Below, one piece after another: positions 36,769 to 55,581 of a stretch of DNA of 64,000 nt; position 1 is the first letter of the stretch; the number at the start of each line of letters is the position of its first letter. The DNA is from Chrysomallon squamiferum. Lineage: Eukaryota > Animalia > Mollusca. The stretch spans positions 4,526,001 through 4,590,000 of the forward strand of contig CM022668.1 of NCBI GenBank assembly GCA_012295275.1. The letters are read 5' to 3'. Below the pieces are notes generated by a model. That model worked only from the letters and a program-made list of their open reading frames with translations. It did not search any database and was not told the DNA's origin. Both the position numbers and the translations under genes were made by a program.

Positions 36769-39700
36769 GGTTGTTGTCTTCTTTTCAATTCTTCTGTTGA
36801 ATTGACTACAGAATGAAGATCTCTGAGTGTGGCTTATAAATATTACTGAGATGTGCGAACGTGATGTAACAAGGATCACGTGATTATTCATATCAGTCTT
36901 TATATACGTCAGTACTTTGTAGTTTAGCCCTATACGTGTTACACGTAGACATTTGTTTTTGTCTTTTTATTACCTTTACGAACTTAACAAACAAACAAAA
37001 CAAAAACAAACAACAACAAAGAAAACAACAACAACAAACAAACAACAAAACAAATAGACAAAATAAATAAATAAATAAACAAATAAATAAATAAAAAATA
37101 AACAAAGACATAAAAAAGATATATTAAAAATAGTAAATAATTTAAAAAAAGAAGAAACAAAGAAGGAAATTTAAATAAAAAAGATAAACAACAACAAAAA
37201 ACAAACCAAACAACAACAACAACCCCCCCCAAAAAAAAAAAAACCCACAGCAACAACGACAAGAAAAAATAACTTAAAAAATAAAAAAATAAATACAGAG
37301 TTACGTTTCTTTGTTTTGTTTGGGAGTGAAGGGATGGGCTTTTATTCTATTTATTTATTCTATTTATTTTATTTATTTATTTATTAAATAGATTTTTAAC
37401 ATTTATTTTCGTTTTATAACTTTTTTTTTATTGTATTGGTTCTTTATGTATTGTTTTATTGTTGTTTTATATCTCTGTAATTCTATCTCTCTCTCTCACA
37501 GACCTCTCCTCTCTTTTCTGTTTTTTTTTTTTCCTTTTTTCTTGTTTTATTTTGTGTCATAGTAACACCAAAAAAAATAAATAAATAAAAAATAAAAATA
37601 AAAATATCTACAGGTAGGTGAGTGCATCTGGGCATACGCACATGCGTGCGCGTGTGTGCAAGCGTTAGTTTGTAACCATTAATAAAATATTTATCCACTG
37701 ATCTGAGACCCATGCTGCTTACGTAGAGTTAACTGTAGGTGACAGATGTTACGTATTCTGCGTGTTTGCATTTTAGTTCACAGACAAGAGACACGTCATG
37801 TAGAGTGTACCTGATTGACTTGTGATAACTTACAGTTATACATCAGTTCTCACCGGGAGACCATGCCTCATTGCGTGTGTGCTTAGATGTTTGTTTAAAA
37901 CAATACGATGTGTATCTAAGCTCCAAGCTGCTACAGCAACATCAATCTGTTTTCAGATGTTACGTTTTCTGCGTCTTAATTTGTTGACATTTATAGCGGG
38001 TGACAGTTAGTAATATTGACATTATCATTTATTATCATCGTCTTCATTTTCATCATCATTATGTGTATGTATTAATATTACAACAACTATTATTTATATT
38101 ACTTCTTTCTTGCTTTCTTGACGTTGTGGTTGCAGTAGTAGTTGTGACTGTTGTTCTTATCATTTTTGCTGGTATTGATGTTGATGATTACGGTGGTATT
38201 CTTTATGGTGACAATGAATTTGGGATAGATATTATTGATGTAACCTATGACGACTGTCACGTGACAAATATTGTGACGTCACTGATATGACATTGAGAGA
38301 AAAATACGTCATCAAAGTGATTATAGTCCAGTAGAGTTATGAACATTGTAGAACAAATTGACATTCATTTAAAGAAAACAACAACAAACACAAATATATA
38401 TATTATGTTGAATCTTCATATGGGGTCACTCTGAATATAGGCACCAATTTCGTACAAAATCTAGGCCATCGGAAATGGATCAATTTGCATACATTCAAAA
38501 TGGCTGCCACCTGGCCTTCTGATGACGATTGCGTCCTAAACGTTTCATACAAGACCCTGAAAATGTGTTATTGGCAGATAATAAAGTGACACTAAGGAAC
38601 TGAAATATTATTTCCTAATTCTTGTGTGACGTCACATATACCAGATATGACGAAACTGACTCAAATTTTACGTAATACACTTATTCCAATTTGTCCTGGT
38701 CTGTGTCAAGTACAACCTAAGCAGTGATACTGCAGTGAACCTTCGCAACCTGTGCACGAGTCTGAACAAACTCCGTACCCTGGGAACAAACAATTTGTAA
38801 AAAACAATAATTGGGTGGTTTGCTGTGAATCCATCCTTCTGGATTGCAGACGTCTGTTTGACAATTCCCAGCCTGGTCTCTTTATTCACGAACTCAGAAC
38901 CCAAACCAGCCTAGGCTTGAAAATAAAACTCTAAAATGATTTCTATAGTTTAGGGCCTAACCACGAGTATTCCATGTGCTCACGATCATATATCTGCATA
39001 TTGATACAGATACAGAAACTAGGAAATAATTTAACAAGTACAACAAATATTAGCAATTTGTTCAAATTGTGTTCACAGCCATGTCTGATATTTGAAAAGG
39101 TTGTTGGATTTAATGTGATATTTTATTTTGTCCCTATCCTCTCTAGGTAGTTTGTTTCTGAATTTAATTTACGTTGTTATATTGCAAATAACACATTATA
39201 TTTTCATGCTAAAGTGCAGCATGGAAATAATTGTCGTAAACTTTTTTTTGTAATTACAAGATTGTGTGTCCGTCTTTTCAAACAAATATTGAAGTAAATA
39301 CATTTTAGGTTTAAACTGCCTCTGTTATTTTTAAATAAAAAAAAATTAAATAAAAAAAATTAATAAATTGAAAAAACGTAATTTAAATTTAAAAAAAATA
39401 AAAAAAATAACAGAAGCAATATCAAATTCATCAAACGATTATTTGTACTTATTTCTTGTTATACTTTTGGCGAGATAGCCGTATTACGCTTAGTCTTCTA
39501 CTCAGTTAATTAGACATTCGCGTTCAGTTTGTACATCTTTAAAGAACATTAACTGGGGTAATTTCGCGTCAGTTAACTTACACTGTCAGCATAAGTAGTA
39601 GAACTAACAACACTAGCAGTGGTAGTAGAAAATAATAACAACACTAGCAGTAGTAGAGATAATGATGAAAGTTGTGTTGTTAGTAGTAATAATAGTAGCA

Positions 39701-40096
39701 GCAGCTGCAGCAGTAGACGTAGCCCTAGTAGTAGTATTTGTTGTACGTATACCAGTATTAATAATATTAGTAGTCGTATAGCAAAATAACAGTAATAGTA
39801 GTAATAGTAATACTAGTATTAATAATAATAAAACTAGTCTTAATAGAAAATTAATAGTAATGATACAGTCGTTGTAGTCGTACTGGTGGTAGTAGTAGGA
39901 CAAGTAAGTGATATCTGACGCCATTGATAGTATCACTGTATGCAGAAAATAATAGCGTATTAATGTTAGTCGTAGTAGTAGTAGCATCAGCAGCAGTTAT
40001 TGTTGTTATTTGTATTGCTGTAGTACCAGTAGTTAGAAAGTTCTGACGCCAACAATAAGAAAGTCTGTATAAATAAACACTAAATAAATAAGTTAC

Positions 40097-40210
40097 TTGT
40101 GACTACTTTTGAGCCGATGTGTCACATTCCCATCCCCAGTCTGCATTGTGTGACTGTTCTAAAGTCAGACATGTTAGAACCAACTCAGAAGAAATCGAGA
40201 AAGATTTCAG
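40097..40210 (-). pseudogene. Degenerate family-A exon 1 (copy 2)
   Basis: Paralog of 14717-14830 within the direct segmental duplication. Confidence 0.68.
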
Positions 40211-40739
40211 TTTCAGAATTTTTGCCTTCTTGCAATAAAGACTTGGATGAAATTTGTGAATACTCAAATGTGCAACTTATAATTTTTTGTTTTTTTTTCT
40301 ATATGTGTACAGCAGAAAATTACGTTTTAAATTAAATGTTCTGTTTCATTTCGCTCGAGAGCTGCATGTGTTATTTTCTAATTTCATTGAAATCTGATAA
40401 GACAATAAATATTAATTGTTCTCAGTTTATATTCAGCCACCCATCGCTTTTCTGTTCTCTTGTGTTCACCTTCACTCTGAATTTACTGTCCTGTTCTGTT
40501 TAATGACTGCATCTGTCAGTTTCTAATTTCATTGAAATCTGTTACAGACTACAACTATTAATTGTTCTCAGTTTACATTCAGCTACCAACCGGTTTTTGT
40601 CTTGATTGTCTTGTGCGGGATATAACAGAGTAAACAACTGAAGAAAATCGATTTTCAAGCGATGCGCGTAAAACATTTCTACTACTCAACCATTTATTTA
40701 TTTATTTATTTATTTATTTTTGTTTGGTTCTGTATTGGT

Positions 40740-40806
<67 letters not shown>

Positions 40807-42180
40807 TTACATCACTCTTGTTGTTCTTGTTCTTTTTCTGGTTAATGTCATTTTGCTTGTTTATGGACAAGTTGAGGATCAAAAAGTAAAAGACAATATT
40901 GAAACAGTAGTGATATACCTCAACATATAGTGAAACCCTAGTGATATACCTCAACCTATCTTGAAACCCTAGTGATATATTTCAAATTATAGTGAAACCA
41001 TGGTGATATACTCAACTTATATTGAAACCTTAGTGATATACCCCAAGTTATCTTGAAACCCTAGTGAATAATCTAGTCCAAGCTTACAAACTCGCATCCT
41101 GTAAGAGCCTGTAAGATTTCAGTTTAGTTATCACACAATTTTATTATCTGTTAATGCTCAAGAAATCGGGTCTATAAAGATTTCAGTAGTTTAGGGCTTC
41201 GCCGTGTTCATAACTCACACTAACTGTTTTCTCTGTTCTCTAAATCCAGTTTGTACATAATTTACTAAAATATTCTGCGGACAGTTGCTCGTAATGACAT
41301 GACTGTGTGTTATTTTCTATATATAAATGTCAAAATAAATCATTTTAAGACTAGTCTAATTTTCAATAATTTCTTCGTGTTATGGAAAAATGGAAAAAAA
41401 AAAAAAAAAAACGATAAGAAAAGCCATGATACACAATGTAAGACTGTTATATACTGGAAATACTTAGGATGATGATAATCATGAAAAACGTCAGGCCTAC
41501 TGAAACACAGCCAGCCTTTTCAGAACAAACACAACCAGATCTATCCCAGTGTCAACAGGACGAATCAACACAGAAGAAAGGTAATATTTTTACCGAGACT
41601 CGTACTCGCTAATTTTGCAATGAGTGACAGCTGTCAAAACGGAGACATACAAAAATAGGAAAACAATGGATGTTCGTTTGACAGGACGATGGACAGTGCC
41701 TCGTTTTCATTTTGTGACACGAGATCCCGAGATCCGTCTTCTCTAGATTCTTGGTTTTTGAAAACATTTGTATCGTAACAGTAGCGAAGGACATTTTTAC
41801 CATTGAGGTTAAATCAATGTAAACACAAAATAATGAAAATTTGGGAATCCTCGTGAAAAAGACAGAAGACTTTTCTAGAAATAGCCATTTCAGTAACATT
41901 GACCATTTGGACATTTGAATAATGGCGGACACTAACATTTGAGAGATTTAACAAATGTAAATGCTAATGTTGTTTCTATTGTTGTTACTATTACACTTCG
42001 CTACTGTTAACTCTAACACTACTACTGTAGAAAATAAATAAATAAATAAATAAATAAATAAGTTAATTTATTAATTTTGAAAGAATAAAGATAAAGAGTA
42101 ATGATGCTTTCATACATTTATTTCTTACTAATAAGACTGTGTTTCCTTTTTCAAGTTTTTCTCCAGATTTTTCAGCTTTA

Positions 42181-43286
42181 TCACGGCTGTAATAAGAGTA
42201 GAAAAAATGGGATTAGAAAACAAAATTAGATACTGTCAACCATGTTTGTACTTTGCTACTAAATTCTAATAAATATGACAGGTAATCTTGAAAGAATTTA
42301 CATAATTTACAGTATACTGTTAAAAACAAAATAACAAAGTATTTTTATGAAAGTAAAATATTGTAAGAGGCAAAACTAATAATTCCTCTCCTTGAAATAA
42401 AGAAATAAATTTATAAAGTTAGGCGGACGTGAAAGGAAACACCAGTAATCTCCAATGAATTAACAAGAAGTTACCAAGCAGCACAGTTCAGATGCATCCT
42501 CGCACACGTAGCCTACAGCTTCAATGCCATTAGCGACGCTACACATTGCTGATGACATGCATACGGAGTCTTCATCTGAATGATCCGCACAGGCTAAAAG
42601 GAAAATTAGAAAGAAAAAAAGAAAAAATCAAAACAAAGAAAATAATTAAAATAGAGTTCTTTTCTCTCTTTCTCTCTCTCTCTTTCTTTACCACTTTCTC
42701 CCTCGGTCTCTCTGCAACTCTCTCTGTTTCTCTCTCAGTCATTCTCTTTCTTTCTCTCTTTTTTCTCTGTAACTCTCTCTCTGTCTTTTTCTGTGTTTGT
42801 CTTACTGTTCTCTCTGTTTCTGTCTCAGTCTTTTTCTCTGTCTCTGTCACTTAAACACACAAAAGCACACAGAAACATTGTTTTATTCGTAATTTGTCAT
42901 TCTGCTTTAGTGAATATATGAATGTATGTATATATGTGCATTTCTGGCTACCTGCAGTGTTTATATAAATCTTAAGTAAGTAATTCTCAAAAATATACTT
43001 ACCAGCTGATAGAGACAGATGACAACAGAGAGAGGACAAGAAAGACAAAATAAGAAACAGAAGAAGGGATAGAAAAAGAGAGCAAGAAAAAACAAACAAC
43101 AAGAGAGACAGAACAAGAGACAAGAAATAAAAGAGAGTGGAGCAAGGAACAGAACAATTCAGAAGAAGAAAACGAACGAAAGAGAACATCTGAGAGAGAG
43201 ATAGAGAGAGAGAGACAGAGAGAAATAGACAGAGAGAGAGATAGACAGAGAGAGAGACACACACAAACAGAGAGAGAGAGAGAGAG

Positions 43287-43331
<45 letters not shown>

Positions 43332-45425
43332 CGGGAGGAATTATTCAATACTTTTTCTATTATTTGAATTAAAACAGGTGTAATGCGTAAGAGAGAACTG
43401 TTCACGGATAATATTGTACGTATGTATGTTTGGGTAAGAGTATGTGTCTGTGTGCAAGCACCGATCTACATATCTTGACATGCTTTCTGTATTTCTTTAT
43501 CAAAAAACTAAATTAAGAAAAGATGTTTAATATCTTACGTTTCAGAGGAGCTTCGGAGAGAAACAAAAAAGAAACAAAACAAAATTATTTTAATACATCA
43601 GGTAGGGAAAAGACGAATATTTTTAATGTATGTATGTTTGTATGTATGTATATTAGTATATATGTATGTATGTATGTGTGTATGTATGTACGTATTATGA
43701 ATGGCTGTATGGATGAATGTATATAAGTATACAAATTTAAAACTATAAAAGAAATGCTTCTTGAATTTATTCAGATGACCTTCCAGAACAATACAGTATA
43801 TTTCTAAACATGTTTAATATTATTTAGAAGAAATCCTTTCTCAAAATATGCGAAGAAATACAAAGCATCTAAGATTTCACGAAAAACATTCTTAAACAAA
43901 ACCTATCCTCTGAAAACATTTTAAAACATTTCTGTAATTTTTACTGAATTCACTCGTAAATCCTTCGAGAACAGGTATGATGCCAAACAATGAAAATAAA
44001 TATCTGACATATCTAACTGGATTTTTGTTTGCTTTGTTTGAAATCAACAGAAACACAAAAAATTTCGGCTGAAACATTTACACGTTAATCTGTTGACATA
44101 TTTCTCATTAAAATTCAAAGATGTTATCGTTATCCTTAATTCAAATTATTCTATAATACTTTCAGATGGTCTTTCTCTATTTGAGTATTCTTCATGTGTT
44201 CTCTAAAGACAATACATATGGACGCGTCGATTTTTATATTTCTGAATATCGAATCCGCATCAAAGGTAACTGAAAGGGAGTTTTGTGGTGTTCTTGTTAA
44301 ATAAAATATCAGCTGTATTTGTAATAAAACTTTCGTATCTGTTTCCAAATGTGTGGATAGATGCTTATATGTACTAGTTATGTATATTAGTGAATGTGTG
44401 TTTGTGTCAATGTATTATCATTAATGTGCGTTCTGTATCAGATATATCTCGATGTAGTTCATGTATTTCTTAATACAGAAAACAAATTATAATAAATAAT
44501 TTTTTATATCTTACCAGCTTCAGAGAGAAATAAAGAAAAAAATACAAAAAGTAATCATATTAATACATCAGGTAGAAAAAAAAAAAGAATATTATTAATG
44601 TACATACGTACGTAAGTATGTATCTAAATGTATACATAGTGTGGATATGTATGTAAATATGTGTATGTATGCGTAAGAGATAGACAGAGAGTAACAGAGA
44701 CTTATAATGAAACATGGACAGTTAAATACACAACGAGAGAGATGATGAAAGACAGAGAGAAAGGGATTGATATATAGGTAGAGAGACAGATAGATAAACA
44801 GAAACATTGATACAGAGATATACACAGAGACAGTTGTAATTTTTACTTACGTAGTGCTTCGCAATCGTCCAGCTGTTTTTTCAGACAGTCAATTTTCACC
44901 AGCATCTTTTCAATTCTGAAAGATAAAAACAGCTTCATAATGTAAAAAATATTTTATGTTAAATGTGTCAGTTATTGTTTCTGAGGAAAGAAAACAACTT
45001 GTGCAATTCACAATATTTTACTTTAGGAAAAGCTTAGATTAGAAACAACTTTTAAAGTGTATCTGTTTTATTTCGTTTCCTTTTTATTTATTAACTGATT
45101 TCTTTATTTATTTACTTATTTATTTATTAATTTGTTTGTTTCTTTGTCTGTTTGTTTCCTTGTTTTATTTATTCATTTATTTGTTACTTCTTTCTTTGTG
45201 TTTTATTATTATTATAATTGCTGATGTTGTTAGCATTATTATTCTTGATTTCGTTGTTTTTACTATTATTATTATTATTATTATTATAAAGACAAAATAA
45301 GTTACTTACTTCTGACTACAGCTTTCATCCGATTCCTCATGTCCCCACCCCCAGTGTTCAAGGTGTGACTCTGCTACACTCAGACATGTTACAACCAACA
45401 CGCAAATAATCAGAGAAGATTTCAT
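42181..45425 (-). CDS. Gene A4: secreted coiled-coil + six-Cys defensin-like protein
   Basis: Exons: 45310-45425, 44851-44915, micro-exons 44515-44517 (CTG), 43539-43550, 43003-43005 (CTG), Cys exon 42475-42593, last exon 42181-42186. Protein: MKSSLIICVLVVTCLSVAESHLEHWGWGHEESDESCSQKIEKMLVKIDCLKKQLDDCEALPAPLKPACADHSDEDSVCMSSAMCSVANGIEAVGYVCEDASELCCLP*. Confidence 0.82.
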
Positions 45426-46010
45426 TTTCAGTTTTTTCTGCTTCTTGTACTCAGGACTTTGTCGAACGATGTGAGCTGTGGAAATGCGAGACGTACTGAT
45501 ATTTGTTTCTTTTGTCAACGTGTACAGTGGAAAATTACACTCTTAATTAACTGTCCTGTTCTGCTTGGTAGCTGCATGTGCGATTTTCTAATTTCATTGA
45601 AATCTGATAAGACAATAAATATTTATTGTTCTCAGTTTATATTTAGCTACCCACCGTTTTTCTCTTGGTTGTCTTGTGTTCACCTTCCCTCGTAATTTAC
45701 TGTCATGTTCTGTTTAATGACTGCATCTGTGATTTTCTAATTTCATTGAATTCTGTTACAGACTACATCTGTTAATTGTTCTCAGTTTATATTCAGCTAC
45801 TCACCGGTTTTTGTCTTGATGGTCTTTGCGGGATATAACAGAGTAAACAACTGAAGAATATCGATCTTAAAATGACACGCTTCAAATATTTCTACTATTC
45901 AACCATTTATTTATTTCTTTATTTTTATTTGCTTCTGTATTGGTTCTGTATTGTATATAATAATAATAATTATTAGTAGTAGTAGTAGTAGTAGTAGTAG
46001 TAGCAGCAGC

Positions 46011-46056
<46 letters not shown>

Positions 46057-46070
46057 ATATTATGATTATG

Positions 46071-46119
<49 letters not shown>

Positions 46120-46624
46120 TTACATTACTGTTGTTGTTGTTGTTGTTGTTTTTCTGGTTAATGTCATCTTGTCTCTTTATGGATAAATTTAGGATCGAAA
46201 AGTAAAAGACAGTACAATTTTTATAATAGAGAGATACATTAAAATGCTCGTCTTGAAATTAACAATTCAGGAAAGTATCATTGAGAATATGACAGATTAT
46301 CGAAGCCAAGATGTTTTATGAGAAACCCTGATCCAGCCTAAGTTTGAGTAGAAAATTGTTGAACAGATTCAATATGAATTTATATGATCATGTAGTTTCT
46401 TATAAAGGATCACTAAAAGTGCATGAACCAGACCCTCAAACTTCAAGTTGTCTTCCAGATTACTATAATGTGGACTTTTAGTTGATAAAACTGAAAAACT
46501 GGTTTATTAGTGACGTTTTATCATATCAAACATGGATTGAAACTATACCTGAACTATGTCATAATGAAGTATCTTAGCTAAACGTTGATACAGAAAAATT
46601 AGAATGATAGTGTTCAAACTCTGT

Positions 46625-46920
46625 AGAAAACCAAGTGATATACTATGAACGACATTGAAATCCTAGTGATATACTTCAGCTTAGTTTGAAATCTGATGTT
46701 ACACTTCAAGTTATATTGCAGTCTTAGGGATATATCTCAACTTACTTTGAAACCCTCGTGACATACTTCAACTCACATTGAAATACGAGTGATGTACCTC
46801 AACGTATATTGAATCCTAGTGATATACCACACGTTATCTTGAAACCCTAGGGATATATCTTAACTTATAGTGAAATCATGGGATATACTCAACTTATACT
46901 GAAACCCTTGTGATGTATTC
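46625..46920 (+). repeat. 31-bp minisatellite array
   Basis: tgaaaccct(a/c)gtga(t/c)atacttcaact units at the junction between the A4 and A5 units. Confidence 0.85.
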
Positions 46921-48249
46921 CTCTTAATATGAAGCATTATTATTATCAGTGGTTAATATAAACATTGTGTTTATTTGTATAACTGAACGTACAAGATCCT
47001 TCAAACCTTATATCATAAGCCAGTGTTTTAATGTTCCAATATATTTACATGCATAAAATGTAGACATGTGAAGATACTTGTTCTTCCACTTTAATAAATG
47101 TACATTATTCATTTGTCTTAATTTAAGTATGAGCTGAAAAATCTACTCCAAGCTTAGAAACTCGCATCCTGTAAGAGCCTGTAAGATTTCAGTTTAGTTA
47201 AAATAACAAGTTTATTCTCTGTTAATGCTCAAGAAATTGGGTCTATAAAGATTTCAGTAGTTTAGGGCATCGCCGAGTTTATAACTCACACTAACTGTTT
47301 TCTCTGTTCTCTAAATCCTGTTTGAAAATAATTTACTAAAATATACTGCGTGCAGTTGCTCGTAATTACATGACTGTGTGTTGTTTTCTATATATAAATG
47401 TCAAAATAAATAATTTTAACACTACTCTAATTTTCTATAATTTCTTCGTGTTATGGAAAAAAGGAAAAAAAAACACAAAAAAAAAAAAAACCCGATAAGA
47501 AAAGCCACGATACACAATGTAAGACTGTTATATACTGGAAATACTTAGGATGATGATAATCGAGAAAAACGTCAGGCCTACTAAAACACTGCCAGACTAT
47601 TCCGAACTAACACAACCAGCTCTGTCCCAGTGTCAACAGGACGAATCAACAGAGAAGAATGGTAATATTTTTACCGAGACTCGTACTGGCTAATTTTGCA
47701 ATGAGTGACAGCTGTCAAAACGGAAGAATCCCAAAATAGGAAAATGCGTTTAATGGATGTTCCTTTCACAGGACGGTGGACAGTGCCTCGTTTTTATTTT
47801 GTGACACGAGATCCGTCTTCTCTAGATTTTTGGTTTTTGGAAACATTTGTATCGTAACAAGAGCAAAGGACATTTACCATTCATGTTACATGAATGTAAA
47901 AACAAAATAATGAAAATTTGGGAATCCTCGTGAAAAAGACAGAAGACTTTTCTAGAAATCGCCATTTCAGTAACATTGACCATTTGGACATTTGAATAAT
48001 GGCGGACACTAACATTTGTGAAATTTAACAAATGTAAATGCTAATGTTGTTTTTATTGTTGTTACTATTACACTTCGCTACTATTAACTCTAATACCACT
48101 ACTATAGGAAATAAATAAATAAATAAATTAATTAATTTATTAACTTGAAAAGAATAAAGATAAAGAATAATGATACTTTCAAGCTTTTATTTCTTACTAA
48201 TAAGACTGTGTTTCCTTTCTCAAGTTTTTCTCCTGACTTTTCACCTATG

Positions 48250-49256
48250 TTACAGCTGAAATAAGAGAAGAAAAAAATGGGATTAGAAAACATAACTAGA
48301 TACTGTCAACCATGTTTGTACTTTGCCACTTAAGTCTAATAAATATGACAGATAATCTTGAAAGAATTTACACAATTTACAATATACTGTTACAATATAT
48401 TGGAACAGACAAAACTAATAATTCCTCTCATTCAAATAAACAAATAAATTTAAAAAGTTAGGCGGACGTGAAAGGAAACACCAGCATTCTCCAATGAATT
48501 AACATGAAGTTACCGAGCAGCACTCGAAAAATGAAATAGGGCACAGGTAGCCTTGAGCTATAATTCCACCAGCGTCGTCACAGAATCCTGGTGGACTGCA
48601 TCCGGTGTCTTCATCTGGATGATCCACACAGACTAAAAGTAAATTAGAAAGAAAAAAAAAAGAAAAGAAAAGAAAATCATTAAAATAGAGTTATTTTCTC
48701 TCTTTCTCTAATTCTCTTTCTTTACCACTCTCTCCCTCGGTCTCTCTGCCACTCTCTCTATTTCTCTCTCAGTCATTCTCTTTCTTTGTCTCTCTATTTC
48801 TCTGTGACTCTCTCTCTGTCTGTCTCTGTGTTTGTCTTACTGTTCTCTCTGTTTCTGTCTGTCTCTCGTTTTTTCTGTCTCTGTGTCACTTAAACACACA
48901 AAAGCACACAGAAACATTGTTGTATTCGTAATTTGTCGTTCTGCTTTTGTGAATATATGAATGTATGTATGTGTGGGCATTTCTCAGTACCCGCAGTGTT
49001 TATATATATCTTAAGTAAGTAATTCTCAAAAATATACTTACCAACTGAGAGAGACAGATGACAACAGAGATAGGACAAGAAAGACAAAATAAGAAACAAA
49101 AGAAGAGATAGAAAAAGAGAGCAAGAAAAAAGAAACAACAAGAGAGACAGAACAAGAGACAAGAAATACAAGAGAGTGGAGCAAGGAACAGAACAATTCA
49201 GAAAAAGAAGATAACGAATGAAAGAGAACACCTGAGAGAGAGATAGAGAGAGAGAG

Positions 49257-49315
<59 letters not shown>

Positions 49316-49321
49316 GAGAGA

Positions 49322-49374
<53 letters not shown>

Positions 49375-49632
49375 TGTGTGTGTGTGCGTGTGTGTGTCTG
49401 TGTGTGTGTTTCGGGAGAAATTATTCAATATGTTTTCTATCATTTGAAATAAAACAGGTATAATGTGTAAGAGAGAACTGTTTACGGATAATATTGTACG
49501 TATGTATGTTTGGGTAAGAGTATGTGTCTGTGTGCAAGCACCGATCTACATATCTTGACATGCTTTCTGTATTTCTTTATGAAAAAACTAAATTAAGAAA
49601 ATATGTTTAATATATCTTACGTTCCAGAGGAG
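48250..49632 (-). pseudogene. A5: family-A copy lacking exons 1-2
   Basis: Micro-exons 49621-49632 and 49042-49044 (TTG), Cys exon 48514-48632 (CVDHPDEDTGCSPPGFCDDAGGIIAQGYLCPISFFECCS) and last exon 48250-48255 (L*). Homology to A2/A4 ends at about 50368, where an inverted 31-bp satellite piece begins. Confidence 0.72.
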
Positions 49633-50990
49633 CTTCGGAGAGAAACAAAAAAGAAACAAAACAAAATTATTTTAATACATCAGGTAGAGAAAAGACGAAT
49701 ATTTTTAATGTATGTATGTTTGTATGTATGTATATTTGTATATATGTATGTATGTATGTGTGTATGTATGTATGTATGTAGGTATTATGAATGACTGTAT
49801 GGATGAATGTATATAAGTATACAAATTTAAAACTATAAACGAAATGCTTCTTGAATTTATTCAGATGACCTTCCAGAACAATACTGTATATTTCTAAACA
49901 TGTTTAATATTATTTAGAAGAAATCCTTTCTCAAAATATGCGAAGAAATACAAAGCATCTAAGATTTCACGAAAAACATTCTTAAACAAAACATATCCTC
50001 TGAAAACATTTTAAAACATTTCTGTAATTTTTACTGAATTCACTCGTAAATCCTTCGAGAACAGGTATGATGCCAAATAATGAAAATAAATACCTGACAT
50101 ATCTAACTGGATTTTTGTTTGCTTTGTTTGAAATCAACAGAAACACAAAAAATTTCGGCTGAAACATTTACACGTAAATCTGTTGACATATTTCTCATTA
50201 AAATTCAAAGATGTTATCGTTATCCTTAATTCAAATTATTCTATAATACTTTCAGATGGTCTTTCTCTATTTGAGTATTCTTCATGTGCTCTCTAAAGAC
50301 AATACATATGGACGCGTCGATTTTTATATTTCTGAATATCGAATCCGCATCAAAGGTAACTGAAAGGGTTTCAAAGTAAGTTGAGATATATCCCTAAGAC
50401 TGCAATATAACTTGAAGTGTAACATCAGATTTCAAAATAAGCAGAAGTGTATCACTAGGATTTCAATGTCGTTCATAGTATATCACTTGGTTTTCTACAG
50501 AGTTTGCTGCTAATATATATATATATTGTGTGTGTTTGTGTGTTTGTTTGTACATGTATATGTATATATGTGTATGTATGTATGTATGTACGTATGTGTA
50601 ATGTCTGCACTGTAGAAGATTCTTACAAACAAATTCTTGATTTCGATGGGATATGTTTGAAGGTTTTAATTGTTCTTTTTTTTTTTTTTTTTTCGTTTTA
50701 ATGTTACTCATATCTCGGAGATTTTAATAATAATAATAATAATAATAAAACTATTTATTTTGTCCTAGTCTTTTAATGGCCTATTACTCTTTTGTTGATG
50801 TACACGATGTAAAAGTGCCAATACAAGTGAGTATTTGTTTAAAATAATAAATAAATGTATTCACTCATCTAAGACCCATGCTGCTAACGAAAAAATAATT
50901 TTAGTTGACAGATTTTGTTTTTGTCGTACTTATGTCGTGACTTATTGTGTGTGATCGAATTTTTATTATTATTTTGTTATTGTCGTTGCA

Positions 50991-51047
<57 letters not shown>

Positions 51048-51101
51048 AGAAACAATATTAATAATGGTATTATTGACATTATTATTGATATTATTATTGT
51101 T

Positions 51102-51301
51102 NNNNNNNNNNNNNNNNNNNNNNNNNNNNNNNNNNNNNNNNNNNNNNNNNNNNNNNNNNNNNNNNNNNNNNNNNNNNNNNNNNNNNNNNNNNNNNNNNNN
51201 NNNNNNNNNNNNNNNNNNNNNNNNNNNNNNNNNNNNNNNNNNNNNNNNNNNNNNNNNNNNNNNNNNNNNNNNNNNNNNNNNNNNNNNNNNNNNNNNNNNN
51301 N
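51102..51301. other. Assembly gap (200 N)
   Basis: Run of n. The round length suggests a scaffolding placeholder. Confidence 0.98.
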
Positions 51302-51692
51302 GATAATAATAATGTTTCATATTAAGAGGAATATATCACAAGGGTCATTTTTCAAAACCAATACAGAACCAAAGAAAAATAAATAAATAAATGGTTGAGT
51401 AGTAGAAACGGTTTAAGCGTATCGTTTCAAAATCGATTTTCTTTGGTTGTTTACTCTGTTACATCCAGCACAAGACAATCAAGACAAAAACGATGAGTGG
51501 CTGAATATAAACTGAGAACAATGAAATTAGAAAATCACAGATGCAGCTATTGAGCACAACAGAAAAGTTAATTAAAAGTGTAATTTTCCATTGTACACGT
51601 TGACAAAAGAAACAAACATTTATTAATTTCACATTTACAGTATACACATCGGTCGACAAAGTCGTAACTTCAAGAAGCAGAAAAAAGTGAAA

Positions 51693-54648
<2,956 letters not shown>

Positions 54649-54840
54649 GACGTCTGCAGCAAAAATTTGGAAAAGGAAATACAGTCATATTAATAAGAAA
54701 TAAACAGATGAAAGCGTTATTACTCTTTATCCTTATTTTTGTATTTATATAGTGGTACTAGCGTTAATAATAGTAGAAGCAGTAATGAAGCAACTTTAGC
54801 AGTTATTATCATTAGCATCATCATGATCATTATTATTATT

Positions 54841-54879
<39 letters not shown>

Positions 54880-55581
54880 ATTATTATTATTATTATTGAC
54901 TATTTTATTTATATTTTATATATTTTCAGTTTTAAAACTATCATTATTTTTTACAGGAAATTGAATAACACATCCTGGGTCATTCAAAGTCAGGTCACCC
55001 AATAGTTGTATCCCCACCTCTCAATTTACCTAAGATTAACAATAACAATAAAATAAATAACTTGAAAAGAAAGCAAAATTAACAAATAAGTAAGTAAATG
55101 AGTAGTAGAAATATTTGAAGCGTGTCACTTTAAGGTCAATTTTCTTCAGTTGTTTACTCTGTTATATCTCGCAAAGACCATCAAGACTAAAACCGGTGAG
55201 TAGCTGAATATAAACTGAGAACAATTAATACTTGTTGTCTGTAACAGATTTCAATGAAATTAGAAAATCACAGATGCAGTCATTAAACAGAACAGGACAG
55301 TAAATTAAAAGTCAAGGTGAACACAAGACAATCAAGAGAAAAGCGATGGGTGCCTGAATATAAACTGAGAACAATTAATAATTGTTGTCTTATCAGATTT
55401 CAATGAAATTAGAAAATAACACATGCAGCTCTCGAGCGAAATGAAACAGAACATTTAATTTAAAATGTAATTTTCTGCTGTACACATATAGAAAAAAAAC
55501 ACAAAAAATTATAAGTCGCACATTTGCAGTATTCACAAATTTCATCCAAGTCTTTATTGCAAGAAGGCAAAAATACTGAAA